A stretch of DNA of 64,000 nt from Alphaproteobacteria bacterium. Its GTDB lineage: Bacteria > Pseudomonadota > Alphaproteobacteria > SHVV01. The position numbers and the translations under genes were made by a program. Below, in pieces: positions 36,247 to 47,830 of the stretch (position 1 is its first letter; every line of letters begins with the position of its first letter). The notes under the pieces were generated by a model. It saw only the letters and a program-made list of their open reading frames with translations, made no database searches and had not been told where the DNA came from. The stretch spans positions 235,533 to 299,532 of the forward strand of contig CBDCYR010000009.1 of assembly GCA_965224275.1 (NCBI GenBank), given 5' to 3'.

Positions 36247-37269
36247 CTAGGCAGCCTTCTTGAGGTGCTTGCTGATCAACAACTCGGCAATTTGCACCGC
36301 GTTGAGCGCCGCGCCCTTGCGGAGATTGTCCGACACCACCCATAGGGCGAGCCCGTTCTTGACGGTCGGATCGGTCCGGATCCGGCTGACATAGGTGGTG
36401 TATTCGCCGACCGATTCGAGCGGCGTCATGTAGCCGCCGTCCTCGCGGCTATCGATGACCAGCACGCCCGGCGATTCGCGCAGTAGCTCGCGGGCGTCGT
36501 CGGCCGAGAACGGCTTGGCGAGTTCGACATGAACCGCTTCGGAGTGGCCGACGAAAACCGGCACCCGAACGCAGGTTGCTATCAGCTTGATGTCGGCATC
36601 GAGGATCTTGCGGGTCTCGACGACCATCTTCCACTCTTCTTTGGTGGCGCCGTCGTCCATGAAATCATCGATATGCGGGATCACGTTAAACGCGATCTGC
36701 TTGGTGAACTTTTCGGGCACAATCGGGTCGTTGACATAGACCGCCCGGGTTTGGCTGAAGAGTTCGTCCATCGCTTCGTTGCCGGCGCCGGAGACCGATT
36801 GATAGGTCGCGACCACGACGCGTTTGATCTTGGCGGCATCGTGGAGCGGCTTAAGCGCCACCACGAGCTGGGCGGTGGAGCAGTTCGGATTGGCGATGAT
36901 GTTGCGCTTGGTGTAGGCCGCGATCGCCTGCCCGTTCACTTCCGGTACGATCAACGGCACATCCGGCTCCATGCGGAACGCCGAACTATTGTCAATAACC
37001 ACCGCCCCGGCGGCTGCGGCTTTGGGGCCATACTCGCGCGCGACACCACCGCCGGCCGAGAACAGGGCGATATCGACGCCGGCGAAATCGAATTCGTTGA
37101 GGGCTTTGACCTTGAGCGTCTTGTCGCCCAGCGAGACCTCCTTGCCGCGCGATCGATCCGATGCCACCGCGACGACCTGGTCAAACGGAAATTGCCGCTC
37201 GACAAGAATATTGAGCATTTCGTGCCCGACCACGCCGGTCGCGCCGACCACGGCGATATTGTAAGTCAT
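36247..37269 (-). CDS. asd: Aspartate-semialdehyde dehydrogenase
   Basis: NAD(P)-binding site IAVVGATGVVG, the active-site region IIANPNCSTAQLVVALKPL, and SVSGAG. Confidence 0.93.
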   Translation of the reverse strand: MTYNIAVVGATGVVGHEMLNILVERQFPFDQVVAVASDRSRGKEVSLGDKTLKVKALNEFDFAGVDIALFSAGGGVAREYGPKAAAAGAVVIDNSSAFRMEPDVPLIVPEVNGQAIAAYTKRNIIANPNCSTAQLVVALKPLHDAAKIKRVVVATYQSVSGAGNEAMDELFSQTRAVYVNDPIVPEKFTKQIAFNVIPHIDDFMDDGATKEEWKMVVETRKILDADIKLIATCVRVPVFVGHSEAVHVELAKPFSADDARELLRESPGVLVIDSREDGGYMTPLESVGEYTTYVSRIRTDPTVKNGLALWVVSDNLRKGAALNAVQIAELLISKHLKKAA

Positions 37270-37321
37270 GGGTGCGCGCTTCCGCTCCTGCCTAGTTTGA
37301 ACTTCAGCTTAATCAACGCGA

Positions 37322-38437
37322 TCAGGCCGCGACCTTGTCGAGTTCGCGCAGGATCGCATCGCCCATCACGGTGGTCGACACTTCGGCCTTGCCGGTCTGC
37401 ATGATATCGCGCGTTCGCAGGCCCCCGGCCAAAACGTTGCGCACCGAATTTTCGATCAGGTCGGCGTCTTCGCCATTGTCGAACGAATAGCGCAGCGCCA
37501 TCGCGAAACTCAAAATCGAGGCCAGCGGATTGGCGATACCCTGGCCGGCGATATCGGGCGCCGATCCGTGGACCGGTTCGTACAGCGCCATGCGGCGACC
37601 GCTATCGTCGCTCGGCCCCAATGACGCTGAGGGCAGCATGCCCAGAGAGCCGGTTAGCATCGAGGCGCAATCGGACAAGATGTCCCCGAACAGATTGTCG
37701 GTGAGGATCACATCGAACTGTTTGGGCGCCCGCACCAATTGCATGGCGCAGTTGTCGGCATACATGTGCGACAGCTCGATCCCGGAATAATGCTCTTGGT
37801 GGATTTTGGTGACTTCCTCGCGCCATAAAACGCCGCTCTCCATGACGTTGGCTTTCTCGACCGAGCACACCCGCTTCTGACGCTTGTCGGCAAGCTCGAA
37901 ACCGACATGCGCGATGCGGCGAATTTCGTTGTCGCTGTAGACTTGCGTGTTGATGCCGCGGCGTGAGCCGTCGGGCAGGGTCTCGATACCGCGGGGTTCG
38001 CCGAAATAAATCCCGCCCGTGAGCTCGCGCAAAATCATGATGTCGAGGCCTGCGACCAGTTCGGTCTTGAGGCTCGACGCCTCGGCCAGCGCGTCGAACA
38101 CGATTGCCGGCCGCAAGTTGGCAAACAGGTCGAGTTCCTTACGCAGGCGCAGCAAACCCCGCTCGGGCTGCAGGTTAAAATCGAGCTGTTCCCATTTCGG
38201 ACCGCCGACCGCGCCGAGCAATGTGGCGTCCGCGGCGCTCGATTTGGCCAGGGTCTCATCGGTTAGGGGCGTGCCGTGGGCATCGTAGGCACAGCCGCCG
38301 ATCAGGTCTTCGTCGATGTCGAAGCTCACCGAGCGGCGCTTGTCGAACCAATCGACGATCCGGCGCACCTGATACATCACCTCTGGGCCAATGCCATCGC
38401 CGGGCAGTACCAACAGCTTCTTATTCGGTATCGTCAT
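37322..38437 (-). CDS. leuB: 3-isopropylmalate dehydrogenase
   Basis: [26 protein letters not shown], and [26 protein letters not shown]. Confidence 0.93.
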   Translation of the reverse strand: MTIPNKKLLVLPGDGIGPEVMYQVRRIVDWFDKRRSVSFDIDEDLIGGCAYDAHGTPLTDETLAKSSAADATLLGAVGGPKWEQLDFNLQPERGLLRLRKELDLFANLRPAIVFDALAEASSLKTELVAGLDIMILRELTGGIYFGEPRGIETLPDGSRRGINTQVYSDNEIRRIAHVGFELADKRQKRVCSVEKANVMESGVLWREEVTKIHQEHYSGIELSHMYADNCAMQLVRAPKQFDVILTDNLFGDILSDCASMLTGSLGMLPSASLGPSDDSGRRMALYEPVHGSAPDIAGQGIANPLASILSFAMALRYSFDNGEDADLIENSVRNVLAGGLRTRDIMQTGKAEVSTTVMGDAILRELDKVAA

Positions 38438-38482
38438 GAATCCCCCCGCGGGATGGACGTGATGGTGTAGGGCACGGCCGGA

Positions 38483-39103
38483 TTACACAGGCTCGGCATA
38501 GAGCCAGGGCTGGGTGCCCCGTTGGCTGGTTTCGAATGCCGTGATCTTGTTTTCCTTTTGCATCGTAAGATCGATGTCATCGAGCCCGTTCAACAGACAA
38601 TGCTTGCGGAAGGGCTCGACGTCGAAACCAACCGTGCCGCCGTCGGGTCCGGTGATCTCTTGCTTCTCGAGATCAACCGCGACGATTGCATTGGCGCCGC
38701 GTTCGGCGTCATCGAGCAGCCGCTCGACGATCTCTTTCGACAACGCGATCGGCAGGATGCCGTTCTTGAAACAATTGTTGAAGAAGATGTCGGCGAAGCT
38801 GGGTGCGATGACGCAACGGATGCCGAAATCAAGCAGCGCCCAAGGGGCATGCTCGCGGCTTGAACCACAACCGAAATTGTCGCCCGCAATGAGGAACTTG
38901 GCGTCGCGATAGGGCGCGCGGTTGAGCACGAAATCGGGATTTTCCTGGCCGCTCGAGTCATAGCGCATCGGCGCAAACAGATCTTTGCCAAAGCCGGTGC
39001 GTTTGATCGACTTAAGAAACTGCTTGGGAATGATCTGATCGGTGTCAACGTTGACCATCGGCAACGGCGCCGCGATCCCGCTCAAGGTCGTGAATTTTTC
39101 CAT
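38483..39103 (-). CDS. leuD: 3-isopropylmalate dehydratase small subunit
   Basis: [13 protein letters not shown] and [18 protein letters not shown]. Confidence 0.93.
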   Translation of the reverse strand: MEKFTTLSGIAAPLPMVNVDTDQIIPKQFLKSIKRTGFGKDLFAPMRYDSSGQENPDFVLNRAPYRDAKFLIAGDNFGCGSSREHAPWALLDFGIRCVIAPSFADIFFNNCFKNGILPIALSKEIVERLLDDAERGANAIVAVDLEKQEITGPDGGTVGFDVEPFRKHCLLNGLDDIDLTMQKENKITAFETSQRGTQPWLYAEPV

Positions 39104-39125
39104 CGTTGCCTCCTAGCCGGCCGCT

Positions 39126-40535
39126 CTATTCCACCAGGTCGCGAACGTCGGACAACCGTCCGTTCACGGCAGCAGCGGCCGCCATTGTCGGGCTGACCAG
39201 GTGGGTCCGGCCCTTGACGCCCTGGCGTCCCTCGAAATTGCGGTTTGATGTCGATGCGCAACGTTCGAACGGCGAAAGTTGGTCAGGGTTCATGCCCAGG
39301 CACATTGAGCAGCCGGGTTCGCGCCATTCGAAGCCGGCCTCAAGAAATACCTTGTCGAGACCTTCCTCCTCGGCCTGTGCCTTCACCAGCCCGGAGCCCG
39401 GCACGATCATGGCGCCAACGTGATCGGCCACCTTGCGGCCGCGCACGACCTCGGCGGCACCGCGCAGGTCCTCGATACGGCCGTTGGTGCAGGATCCGAT
39501 GAACACGCGATCGATCTTGACCTCGGTCATCGGTGTGCCGGCGGTCAGATCCATGTAGGCGAGCGATCGTTCCATCTGCGCGCGCTTGCCCGCATTGGGG
39601 GCGTCTTTGGGGTCGGGCACGGTGGCCGTGATCGCCACCACGTCTTCGGGGCTGGTGCCCCAAGTCACCTGGGGGGCGATGTCGCTGGCGTTGAGCGTAA
39701 CCTCGGTGTCGTAAGCGGCGCCGTCGTCGCTGGCCAGGGTTTTCCAATACGCGACAGCCTGCTCCCACAGCCCGCCCTTGGGCGATTTGGGCTTGCCCTG
39801 CAAATAGGCGAACGTGGTCTCGTCGGGCGCGATCAAACCGGCTCGCGCACCGCCTTCGATCGTCATGTTACAGACGGTCATTCGCGACTCCATGCTGAGG
39901 TCGCGGATTGCCTTGCCAGAATATTCGATGACATGACCGGTGCCGCCGGCGGTCCCGATCTTGCCGATAATGGCAAGGATCAAGTCTTTCGCGGTGACCC
40001 CAAAGCCGAGTTCGCCTTCAACCGAAATGCGCAGATTCTTAGGCCGCTTGAGCAGCAGCGTCTGGGTTGCCAACACATGCTCGACTTCCGAGGTGCCGAT
40101 TCCCATCGCAAAGCAGGCGAAGGCGCCGTGGGTTGCCGTGTGCGAATCGCCACAGACCAGCGTCGTCCCCGGCAGTGTGAAGCCTTGCTCGGGTCCGATA
40201 ATATGAACAATTCCCTGGCGGAAATCGTTCATATCGAAAAGCTCAATGCCGAATTCTTTGCAATTGGAGCTCAGCGCCTCGACCTGAATGCGGGATTCCT
40301 CTTCTTCGATCCCTTTCGAGCGATCGGTGGTCGGCACGTTGTGATCGGCCACCGCGAGCGTCGCGTCGATGCGGCGCACGCCGCGATTGGCCATGCGCAA
40401 TCCATCGCAAGCCTGCGGACTCGTGACCTCGTGGACGAGGTGGCGGTCGATATAGATCAGGCAGGTGCCGTCATCCTGCTGGTCAACGACATGACTATCC
40501 CAGATTTTGTCGAACAGGGTTCGAGGTTGGGCCAT
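39126..40535 (-). CDS. leuC: 3-isopropylmalate dehydratase large subunit
   Basis: [41 protein letters not shown] and CSMCLGMN. Confidence 0.95.
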   Translation of the reverse strand: MAQPRTLFDKIWDSHVVDQQDDGTCLIYIDRHLVHEVTSPQACDGLRMANRGVRRIDATLAVADHNVPTTDRSKGIEEEESRIQVEALSSNCKEFGIELFDMNDFRQGIVHIIGPEQGFTLPGTTLVCGDSHTATHGAFACFAMGIGTSEVEHVLATQTLLLKRPKNLRISVEGELGFGVTAKDLILAIIGKIGTAGGTGHVIEYSGKAIRDLSMESRMTVCNMTIEGGARAGLIAPDETTFAYLQGKPKSPKGGLWEQAVAYWKTLASDDGAAYDTEVTLNASDIAPQVTWGTSPEDVVAITATVPDPKDAPNAGKRAQMERSLAYMDLTAGTPMTEVKIDRVFIGSCTNGRIEDLRGAAEVVRGRKVADHVGAMIVPGSGLVKAQAEEEGLDKVFLEAGFEWREPGCSMCLGMNPDQLSPFERCASTSNRNFEGRQGVKGRTHLVSPTMAAAAAVNGRLSDVRDLVE

Positions 40536-40569
40536 GGTTTCCTCGCTGCGGTCGGTTGGACGCGTTGGT

Positions 40570-41016
40570 TTACTCGCTCGCGGGTTCGGTCGCTACGCCG
40601 TCGGCGCTGGCTGCAGCATTAGCCGCCGCAGCGTCTTTCTTGGCTTTGGCGCGGGCCCAGTCCGGCCGCTCGGTAATACGTGCGCGCTTGCCCGTAAGCC
40701 CGCGTAGGTAATAGAGCTTGGCGCGCCGAACGGCACCGCGCCGGAACACATCGATGTCGGTAATGTTGGGTGAGTACAGCGGAAAGATCCGCTCGACCCC
40801 CTCACCATAAGAGATTTTGCGGACCGTGAATGACGAGTTGATGCCTCGGTTCTTACGGGCGATGCAAACGCCCTCAAATATCTGGACGCGCTCGCGTGAT
40901 CCCTCCACCACCTTAACGCTAACCCGCAACGAATCTCCGGGCCCAAACTCGGGAACCGCACGATTGGCCGCAAGTGCTTCAGCGTGTTCTTTCTCTAGTT
41001 CCTGAATTTTATTCAT
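40570..41016 (-). CDS. rplS: 50S ribosomal protein L19 (with C-terminal extension)
   Basis: Begins [11 protein letters not shown]...[60 protein letters not shown]. The start at 41016 overlaps the trmD stop. It carries an Ala-rich tail of about 35 aa. Confidence 0.9.
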   Translation of the reverse strand: MNKIQELEKEHAEALAANRAVPEFGPGDSLRVSVKVVEGSRERVQIFEGVCIARKNRGINSSFTVRKISYGEGVERIFPLYSPNITDIDVFRRGAVRRAKLYYLRGLTGKRARITERPDWARAKAKKDAAAANAAASADGVATEPASE

Positions 41017-41756
41017 GGTTCGGCCCTCGCTCTTCGTGTTTGTTCGTAACGGTCCCATAGGTCTCGGCGCCGCACTTTAGTGATACGTTCGGATTCGGCC
41101 CTGCGCCATTCGCGGATCCGGTCGTGGTGGCCGGACACCAACACGTCGGGCACAGCACGATTGCGCCATACCCGCGGTCGCGTGTATTGGGGATATTCCA
41201 GCAAGCCGATCTCGAAACTCTCATCGGCCAGGCCCTCGGGGTGAGTAACCACCCCCGGCAGCAGGCGAACAACCGCGTCGATCAAGGTGATTGCGGCCGG
41301 TTCACCGCCGGACAAAATGAAATCGCCGACGCTGACTTCCTCGATGTCATGGGCATCAAGGACGCGTTCGTCGATGCCTTCATAGCGTCCGCAGATGATG
41401 ACGACGCCGGGTTCACCGGCAAAATGGCGGACCCGCGCCTGATCCAACGGCCGTCCTCGCGGCGTTAGATAGACCACCCGATGCGGCAGCGCGCTGATCT
41501 GTTCAACTTGGGCGACTGTGTGTTCAATCGCATGGCCGAGCACATCGGGCTTCATGACCATGCCGTAGCCACCGCCGAACGGCGTATCGTCGACCGTGCG
41601 ATGCTTGTCGGCGGCGAATTGTCGAATGTCGATGGTGTCGAGCGACCACACGCCGTCGGCCAGCGCTTTACCCGCGAGCGCGTGCCCGAGCGGTCCGGGA
41701 AACATTTCGGGATGAATGGTCAGCACTCGGGCTGCCCAAGCTGCCGGGGCCGTCAT
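41013..41756 (-). CDS. trmD: tRNA (guanine37-N1)-methyltransferase
   Basis: [38 protein letters not shown], and [14 protein letters not shown]. Confidence 0.92.
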   Translation of the reverse strand: MTAPAAWAARVLTIHPEMFPGPLGHALAGKALADGVWSLDTIDIRQFAADKHRTVDDTPFGGGYGMVMKPDVLGHAIEHTVAQVEQISALPHRVVYLTPRGRPLDQARVRHFAGEPGVVIICGRYEGIDERVLDAHDIEEVSVGDFILSGGEPAAITLIDAVVRLLPGVVTHPEGLADESFEIGLLEYPQYTRPRVWRNRAVPDVLVSGHHDRIREWRRAESERITKVRRRDLWDRYEQTRRARAEP

Positions 41757-42364
41757 GATCCGCCCTCACCGTCTGGAGGCTGGGCGTCTGCCGCGAGATC
41801 GGCGCGGACTATCTCATCGTCGATGACGATGCGGCCGGCGTCGATGTCGACCGTCGGCACAGCCTCATTGGTGAACGGCACCAGCAGGGGCTGGCCGTCG
41901 GGCCGGGCTATTTCAAGGATGTCGCAGCTGCCGCCAAAGTCGTGGATCGCGATAATTTTACCGACCGCGGTGCCGTCGGCGCGTTCGACCACCAATCCTT
42001 CGAGGTCGGCGTGGTAGTACTCGTCGGGCTCGGGCTCGGGCAGCGCGTCGCGGGCGATATAGATCATCACCCCGCGCAGCTCTTCGGCTTGATCGCGATC
42101 GGTACAGCCGGCAATCCGGGCTCTCACCCCACCCTTAATGAGGCCGGTGATATCCAGGTCGAGCCGTCGCGCGCCGGATTCGTCCTCGAGCGGAGCATAA
42201 GTGGCAATCGCCTCGGGGCGTTCGGTAAAACACTTGATGCGCACTTCGCCGCGCACGCCATGCGGTGCCGTGATCACGCCGAGACAGACCCGTGCTGGCG
42301 GCGTCGCGCGACGCCGGCTGGGGTCGTTGGGGTCGACCATCGGTGAGATCGTTACCGCATTCAC
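41753..42364 (-). CDS. rimM: 16S rRNA processing protein RimM
   Basis: [21 protein letters not shown]...[11 protein letters not shown], with a PRC-barrel-type C-terminus. It overlaps trmD by 4 nt. Confidence 0.85.
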   Translation of the reverse strand: MNAVTISPMVDPNDPSRRRATPPARVCLGVITAPHGVRGEVRIKCFTERPEAIATYAPLEDESGARRLDLDITGLIKGGVRARIAGCTDRDQAEELRGVMIYIARDALPEPEPDEYYHADLEGLVVERADGTAVGKIIAIHDFGGSCDILEIARPDGQPLLVPFTNEAVPTVDIDAGRIVIDDEIVRADLAADAQPPDGEGGS

Positions 42365-42376
42365 AATCCGAGTTCC

Positions 42377-43060
42377 TTACGCGTCCTTCTTTTCCGCTTC
42401 GTCGGCTGCGGCGGCGTCGCTCGCTTCGGGTGCGGCTTCCGCCTCAGGCGCTGGTTCCGCCTCAGGTGACTTCGCTTCCGGCTCTGACTCCGCTTCCGGC
42501 TCTGGCGCTGCTTCCGCCACCGGTTCCTCAGCGGCAGGTTCCGGTTCGGCCGCAGCCTCCGCGGCCGGCTCTGCTTCCGGTTCTGGGGCAGCCTCGACCT
42601 CAGCCTGGGGCGCATCTTCGCTGGCGGCTTCCTCGGCGGGAGCCTCTGCCTCTGCCTCTACCTCTGCCTCTACCTCAACTTCTGGCTCAACCTCTGGCTC
42701 CGGCGGTGGCGCTTCGGCTGCTGCTTTGGCGGCTTCTTCCTTGGCCTTTATTCGCTCCAGCGTTTTTTCGCTCGGCTGGCCCTTGATGGGATTGTTGCGT
42801 TGGGTCGGCTCAAACATGTCAACCTGACCGAGAAACCGCGCGACGCGGTCGGACGGGCGGGCGCCAACACCGAGCCAATATTTGATGCGCTCCTGCTTAA
42901 GCGTCACCCGTTGCTCATCGTTCTTGGCCAATAACGGGTTATAGGTACCGACACGCTCAATGAAACGGCCATCACGCGGGAAGCGGGAATCTGCAACAAC
43001 GATACGGTAGAACGGGCGCTTCTTGGCGCCACCGCGGGAAAGGCGAATGCGAAGTGTCAT
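42377..43060 (-). CDS. rpsP: 30S ribosomal protein S16 with long acidic low-complexity C-terminal tail
   Basis: The N-terminus [42 protein letters not shown] is the canonical S16 core. The last ~120 residues are Glu/Ala/Pro repeats. Confidence 0.9.
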   Translation of the reverse strand: MTLRIRLSRGGAKKRPFYRIVVADSRFPRDGRFIERVGTYNPLLAKNDEQRVTLKQERIKYWLGVGARPSDRVARFLGQVDMFEPTQRNNPIKGQPSEKTLERIKAKEEAAKAAAEAPPPEPEVEPEVEVEAEVEAEAEAPAEEAASEDAPQAEVEAAPEPEAEPAAEAAAEPEPAAEEPVAEAAPEPEAESEPEAKSPEAEPAPEAEAAPEASDAAAADEAEKKDA

Positions 43061-43114
43061 ATTGGGGTTTACCTCCTGTCTTCGCGTCCTAACAAAATCA
43101 GTTGCAACAGCCGG

Positions 43115-44464
43115 CTAGCGGGGCATCAGCCCGGCCAGCCCGCTGCGCTGTAGAGTCTTCTGGTCCATCCGGCCCATCTTCTTCATCACCCGGGCCATCT
43201 GTTTGTATTGCTTGAGCAAGCGGTTAATTTCGGGAACCGATGTGCCGGACCCGGTTGCAACGCGCCGCTTGCGCGAGCCGTTGAGCAACTTCACGTTGCG
43301 CCGCTCGGCCGGCGTCATCGAAAGAATGATGGCTTCCTGGCGCGACAGCATCGTGTCGTCGATCTGCGAAGTTGCGAGCTGCTTTTTGACCTTGGCGACA
43401 CCGGGCAACAGCCCGAGCAGTCCCTCCATGCCGCCCATGCGGCGCATCTGGCGCAGTTGCAGGACCAAATCGTCGAGATCGAAATTCCCTTTGCGAATCT
43501 TGGCTTCGAGCTTCGTGGCGGCTTCCTCGTCGATCGTCTCGGCGGCCTTCTCCACGAGCGAGACCACATCACCCATGCCGAGGATGCGCGAGGCGATGCG
43601 TTCGGGATGGAAGGCTTCGATCTCATCGAGTTTTTCGCCGGTTCCAAGCAGCTTGATTGGGCAGCCGGTTACCGCGCGCATGCTCAGCGCGGCGCCGCCG
43701 CGCGCGTCACCATCGATGCGGGTGAGGACGATGCCGGATACATTGAGGCGCGCCTTGAAGCGCTCCGCCACCTTGACCGCGTCCTGACCGGTCAGCGCGT
43801 CTGCAACCAGGAGAATCTCGACCGGATCCACCGCATCGCGGACCGCGCTGGCTTCTGCCATCAGCGCTTCATCGACGTGCAGCCGCCCGGCGGTGTCGAG
43901 CAACACAACATCGACCCCTTGCAATTTCGCGGCTTGCATCGCGCGCTTGGCGATATCGACCGGCATTTGCCCGTCGATAACCGGCAGGGTGGAAATGTCG
44001 GCTTGCTCACCGAGAACGCGAAGCTGTTCTTGAGCCGCCGGCCGCTGGACGTCGAGCGACGCCATCAACACCTTCTTCTTGTCGCGCTCCCAGATACGAT
44101 GGCCAATTTTGGCAGTGGTGGTGGTTTTGCCCGACCCTTGCAAGCCAACCATGAGAATGGCGACCGGCGGCGTACCGGCGAGGTTGATGTCGACGGATTC
44201 GGCACCCAGCGCTTCGATCAAATGGTCGTTGACGTGCTTGATGACCATCTGCGCCGGGCTGACGCTTTTCAGAACCTCGGCGCCGACCGCTTTGCTGCGA
44301 ACCTGATCGACGAATTGCTTGACGACAGGCAGCGCGACATCAGCTTCGAGCAACGCGACGCGAACCTCGCGCAGCGCCTCGTTGACATCGTTTTCGCTAA
44401 GCGCACCATGGCGCTTCAACCGATCGAAAACCTGTCCCAGTCGCTCGCTTAATGTGTCGAACAT
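43115..44464 (-). CDS. ffh: Signal recognition particle protein
   Basis: GTPase motifs GLQGSGKTTT, DTAGR and TRIDGDARGG, plus a Met-rich M domain (LRQMRRMGGMEGLLGLLPG). Confidence 0.95.
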   Translation of the reverse strand: MFDTLSERLGQVFDRLKRHGALSENDVNEALREVRVALLEADVALPVVKQFVDQVRSKAVGAEVLKSVSPAQMVIKHVNDHLIEALGAESVDINLAGTPPVAILMVGLQGSGKTTTTAKIGHRIWERDKKKVLMASLDVQRPAAQEQLRVLGEQADISTLPVIDGQMPVDIAKRAMQAAKLQGVDVVLLDTAGRLHVDEALMAEASAVRDAVDPVEILLVADALTGQDAVKVAERFKARLNVSGIVLTRIDGDARGGAALSMRAVTGCPIKLLGTGEKLDEIEAFHPERIASRILGMGDVVSLVEKAAETIDEEAATKLEAKIRKGNFDLDDLVLQLRQMRRMGGMEGLLGLLPGVAKVKKQLATSQIDDTMLSRQEAIILSMTPAERRNVKLLNGSRKRRVATGSGTSVPEINRLLKQYKQMARVMKKMGRMDQKTLQRSGLAGLMPR

Positions 44465-44679
44465 TGCCTAGGTCTGCTGGTCAAGGCGCAAAGCCTGCGT
44501 TACAAAGCCAAAAGCGCCAGTGCGCGAAACTCGCGGACTGACGTACCCCCTCGGGAGTGCCAAATACACCGTGCTCCTGAGTGGCGCGGACACTAAGTCC
44601 ACGCGGCCGCATCGTCAAGCGTGCCTTAAACGGCCTAAAGCGGTGGACGCGGGCGTGATCAGCGCCATATAACGCGCCT

Positions 44680-45552
44680 ATGACGGCCACACCTTTCCTT
44701 AAGATGCACGGTCTCGGCAACGACTTCGTCGTGCTCGACGCGCGGACGTCGCCGCTGTCGCTGAATGCCGATCAGGTGCGCGCCATCGCGCACCGTCGTA
44801 CCGGGATCGGCTGTGACTCGCTGATTGTTTTGGAACCATCGCAATCAGCCGATGTTTTTATGCGAACGTTTAACGCCGATGGCGGCGAAGTCGAGATCTG
44901 CGGCAATGCCGCTCGCTGTGTCGCGACGTTGATTAACGCCGACCCGGGCAGTAACGACATTTCGGCCGACCTCACGATTGATACCCGGGCCGGCGTGTTG
45001 CGCGCGCGCGATGGGGGCGATGGATTTGTCTCGCTCGACATCGGAATCGCGCGCACCGACTGGCAGCAAATACCGCTGGCGCGGGAGATGGATACGCTGC
45101 ATATCGACTATGACGTTCGCGCACCTTCCGGCGCGCGGCTGCACGATCCGGTCGGGGTTAACGTTGGCAATCCGCACGTTGTCTTCTTTGTCGCCGCCGA
45201 TGCGATCGAGGGTTTCGATCTCGAAAGCGTCGGCCCGTCGATCGAGTGCGACGCCCTGTTTCCGGAACGTATCAACGTCAGCCTGGCGGCCGTGGTCGGC
45301 AACGACGCGCTGCGACTTCGCGTCTGGGAGCGCGGGATCGGTATCACCGCGGCCTGCGGTACGGCTGCATGTGCAGCGGCCATCGCCGCCCATCGACGCG
45401 ATCTCTGCGGCCGATCGGTCACGATCGCTCTCAACGGCGGCCAATTGGCGATCGAATGGCGTGAGGACAATCACGTCGTCATGACGGGGCCCGTCGCCAC
45501 CAGCTTTATGGGTGATTTCGACCCCGATGCGCTGGTCGCAGTGGCGGCCTGA
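44680..45552 (+). CDS. dapF: Diaminopimelate epimerase
   Basis: FLKMHGLGNDFVVLD, with catalytic cysteines in NADGGEVEICGNAARC and ITAACGTAACAAA. Confidence 0.92.
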   Translation: MTATPFLKMHGLGNDFVVLDARTSPLSLNADQVRAIAHRRTGIGCDSLIVLEPSQSADVFMRTFNADGGEVEICGNAARCVATLINADPGSNDISADLTIDTRAGVLRARDGGDGFVSLDIGIARTDWQQIPLAREMDTLHIDYDVRAPSGARLHDPVGVNVGNPHVVFFVAADAIEGFDLESVGPSIECDALFPERINVSLAAVVGNDALRLRVWERGIGITAACGTAACAAAIAAHRRDLCGRSVTIALNGGQLAIEWREDNHVVMTGPVATSFMGDFDPDALVAVAA

Positions 45553-45558
45553 CGCGCG

Positions 45559-46845
45559 ATGTCAGCGCAAACGCAACCCCGTCCAGCCGACGACGTCGAC
45601 ATCGTCACCTTCGGGTGTCGTCTTAACGCCTTCGAGTCCGAGGTAATACGCGACTCCGCGCGGGCGGCACGATTGACCAACGCGGTTGTTATCAATACCT
45701 GCGCGGTCACTGCCGAAGCCGAACGTCAGGCCCGCCAGGCCATACGCCGGGCGCGCCGCGAGCGCCCGAGCGCGCAAATCGTGGTCACCGGGTGCGCGGC
45801 CCAACTCGAACCGGACGCGTTCGCCGCGATGCCCGAGGTTGACCGCGTGCTCGGCAATCGCGAAAAGCTCAGCCCGACGAACTTTATGCCCGACGCGCCG
45901 GCCCTCAAGGTCAACGACATCATGACCGCGCGCGAGGGTGCCGGGCATTTGATTTCGGGGTTCGATGCGCGCGTGCGTGCTTTCGTCGAAATCCAGAACG
46001 GCTGCGACCATCGCTGCACCTTCTGCATTATCCCGTTTGCCCGCGGCAACAATCGCAGTGTTCCGGCCGGCACGATCGTTGATCAAATTGATCGGCTCGT
46101 TGCCGGTGGCTACCACGAGATTGTGTTGACCGGTGTTGATCTCACCAGCTACGGCGCCGATTTGCCGGGCCGCCCAACGTTGGGACGCTTGGTGCGACAA
46201 ATTCTCGATCGTGTTCCGGATCTCACGCGATTGCGTCTTTCGTCGCTCGACCCGGCCGAAGTCGACGACGCCTTGCTCGACGTCTTCGCCACCCAACCCC
46301 GCCTCATGCCGCATGTTCACCTCAGCCTGCAGGCGGGCGACGATCTGATTCTAAAAAGAATGAAACGCCGACACACGCGGGATCAGGCGGCCCAACTCTG
46401 CCACCGCCTGCGCGAGGTTCGCTCCGACATCGTGTTCGGCGCCGATCTCATCGCCGGCTTTCCCACCGAGGGCGACCCTGAGTTTGCCGCGACGCTCGAA
46501 CACATTGATGACTGCGGCCTGACCTACCTTCACGTTTTTCCCTACTCGCCGCGGCCGGGAACGCCGGCAGCCCGGATGCCTCAGGTGCCGGGACCCGAAC
46601 GCAAGGCACGGGCGGCCAGGTTGCGTGCCGCGGGTGACCGCCGGCTGCGTGCGCATCTTCGGACCCGGATTGGTCAAACCGTTTCCCTATTGATCGAAAA
46701 CCCCGGCATTGGCCGCACCGTCGACTACGCCGCGCTGACCTACGCGCCGTGCGATCGCGACGCTGCGGCGTGGCCCGGGGATATCGTCATGGCCCTGGTT
46801 ACCGGCGCCACCGATCGCGCGTTGGTCGGCTCGTTGCTGAGCTAG
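45559..46845 (+). CDS. mtaB: tRNA methylthiotransferase (MtaB/MiaB-like radical SAM enzyme)
   Basis: An N-terminal UPF0004 domain (FGCRLNAFESE), the radical SAM motif GCDHRCTFCIIP, and a C-terminal TRAM-like region. Confidence 0.85.
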   Translation: MSAQTQPRPADDVDIVTFGCRLNAFESEVIRDSARAARLTNAVVINTCAVTAEAERQARQAIRRARRERPSAQIVVTGCAAQLEPDAFAAMPEVDRVLGNREKLSPTNFMPDAPALKVNDIMTAREGAGHLISGFDARVRAFVEIQNGCDHRCTFCIIPFARGNNRSVPAGTIVDQIDRLVAGGYHEIVLTGVDLTSYGADLPGRPTLGRLVRQILDRVPDLTRLRLSSLDPAEVDDALLDVFATQPRLMPHVHLSLQAGDDLILKRMKRRHTRDQAAQLCHRLREVRSDIVFGADLIAGFPTEGDPEFAATLEHIDDCGLTYLHVFPYSPRPGTPAARMPQVPGPERKARAARLRAAGDRRLRAHLRTRIGQTVSLLIENPGIGRTVDYAALTYAPCDRDAAAWPGDIVMALVTGATDRALVGSLLS

Positions 46846-46854
46846 ACCGCGCCG

Positions 46855-47823
46855 ATGTCGGGCGATAGCCCATCTTCCGAATCAAAGGACGCTGGGGCTA
46901 AACGCGGCTGGTTCACCAAGCTGAAGGCCGGACTGTCGCGCTCGACATCGAGCCTCAGTGACGGCATTGGCGCGATCTTGAGTCGCGGCAAACTGGACCA
47001 AGCGACCCTCGATGACCTCGAAGAGCACCTGATTGCGGCCGACCTCGGCGTTGCAACGGCTGTCGCGGTCACCGAGACTCTGCGGGCCGAGCGGTTCGAT
47101 AAATCAATTACGGATAGCGAAATTCGTGCCGCGCTTGCCGCGCACATCACCAAGATTCTAGACCCGCTCGCCCACCCGCTGACGATCGATCCGACACACA
47201 AGCCGCACGTAATCCTCGTCGCCGGCGTCAACGGGACCGGCAAAACGACGACGATTGGCAAGTTGGCGCAGCAATTGCGCCAATCCGGTCATTCGATCGT
47301 GCTCGCCGCGGCCGATACGTTCCGCGCCGCCGCGATCGATCAGCTTAAGATTTGGGGTGAGCGGGTTGGGGTCGAGATGGTCGCCGGTGAGGTCGGCGGC
47401 GACGCCGCCGGCCTCGCGTTCGAGGCGTTCGAAAAAGCCCGAAACGACGACGCTGACGTGTTGATGATCGATACCGCTGGGCGGTTGCAAAACAAAGCCA
47501 ACCTTATGGCCGAACTGGTCAAGATCGTACGTGTGGTGCGCAAGCTCGACCCGACGGCGCCGCACGATTCACTCCTTATTCTGGATGCGACCACCGGCCA
47601 GAATGCAATCAATCAGGTGGAGATCTTCAAGCAGGAGTGCGGCACGACCGGCTTGATCATGACCAAGCTCGACGGCACCGCACGCGGTGGCGTGCTGGTT
47701 GCCATTGCTGAGAAATTTGGCTTGCCGATCCATGCGATTGGCGTCGGTGAGAATATCGATGACCTCCAACCGTTCGAAGCCCGCGCCTTTGCCGCAGCGC
47801 TGACCGGCATCGATCACCGCTAG
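46855..47823 (+). CDS. ftsY: Signal recognition particle receptor
   Basis: GVNGTGKTTTIGKLA, DTAGRLQNK, TKLDGTARGG, and GVGENIDDL. Confidence 0.93.
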   Translation: MSGDSPSSESKDAGAKRGWFTKLKAGLSRSTSSLSDGIGAILSRGKLDQATLDDLEEHLIAADLGVATAVAVTETLRAERFDKSITDSEIRAALAAHITKILDPLAHPLTIDPTHKPHVILVAGVNGTGKTTTIGKLAQQLRQSGHSIVLAAADTFRAAAIDQLKIWGERVGVEMVAGEVGGDAAGLAFEAFEKARNDDADVLMIDTAGRLQNKANLMAELVKIVRVVRKLDPTAPHDSLLILDATTGQNAINQVEIFKQECGTTGLIMTKLDGTARGGVLVAIAEKFGLPIHAIGVGENIDDLQPFEARAFAAALTGIDHR

Positions 47824-47830
47824 CGGCCTT

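Noticed and set aside
42400-42720. Short tandem-like DNA repeats that could be mistaken for a CRISPR or VNTR array.
   Set aside because: The repeats are degenerate, lack spacers of constant length, and lie in frame inside rpsP, where they encode the Glu/Ala/Pro tail. No cas genes are present in the window.
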